Positions 23,793 to 24,000 of a DNA stretch of 24,000 bases are shown here, piece after piece; the stretch's first letter is position 1, and the number at the start of each line of letters is the position of its first letter. Where the stretch lies: assembly GCF_900099735.1 (NCBI RefSeq), contig NZ_FNDT01000001.1:341722-365721 (forward strand), in the 5' to 3' direction. A program made the position numbers and the translations under genes. This DNA comes from Arthrobacter subterraneus. Its GTDB lineage: Bacteria > Actinomycetota > Actinomycetes > Actinomycetales > Micrococcaceae. The notes under the pieces were generated by a model that ran no database searches, had not been told where the DNA came from, and worked only from the letters and a program-made list of their open reading frames with translations.

Positions 23793-24000
23793 GCGCACCC
23801 AAGAGCTGCGGCCCGGGTCCTGCAACGGGTCAGGAAGCGGATGAGGAGGCCGGTATCAGGGCCTCAGGCGATGGCATAGAGGCGTTAGGCAACCCGCCCC
23901 GTATGATCCTCACGGCGGAGCGGGATTTGACGCATAGCTCCCGTGCTGGATGGACACGGGCATGACGCAGGCCGGAGGGTAAACCCAGGCTTCCGGCCGC

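Noticed and set aside
23793-24000. The right-edge 208 nt include minus-strand frames open to the window end (one stops at 23830-23832) and several very short plus-strand ORFs.
   Set aside because: There are no recognisable motifs, the fragments are too short, and the frame choice is ambiguous.

Overview
GC-rich (roughly two-thirds G+C by eye), densely coding, actinobacterial-looking segment: many GTG starts, strong GC3 bias and long mirror-image shadow ORFs. I support 15 CDS. I recognised no rRNA, tRNA, CRISPR array, transposase or integrase. Two themes are interleaved. (i) Copper/heavy-metal handling: a His-rich P1B-type ATPase with an unusual CPD transmembrane motif (357-2849), a DUF2933-like HGG-repeat membrane peptide plus an ICMT-family methyltransferase (9650-10601), and a small membrane protein plus a Tat-lipoprotein multicopper oxidase (17270-19485). 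(ii) A route from storage carbohydrate to acetyl-phosphate and ATP: phosphoketolase, a beta-phosphoglucomutase::GH65 phosphorylase fusion, an archaeal-type (type II) GAPDH, GlgX, acetate kinase, a Zn alcohol dehydrogenase and a universal stress protein. The genes from 2904 to 10601 are joined by 1-nt gaps or overlapping stop/start codons, and the ATPase lies only 54 nt upstream. A metal pump, sugar catabolism and metal-associated membrane proteins therefore appear to form one transcription unit. The most novel-looking element is a 749-aa ORF (13187-15436). It fuses an unrecognisable N-terminal region, a nitrilase-superfamily C-N hydrolase domain with an intact Glu-Lys-Cys triad, and a CoA-pyrophosphatase-type Nudix domain. 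It sits tail-to-tail (11 nt) with an ABC1/UbiB-family kinase. Perfect 10-11 bp inverted repeats lie in three intergenic regions. All calls come from reading the translations and DNA by eye; no database search was possible.
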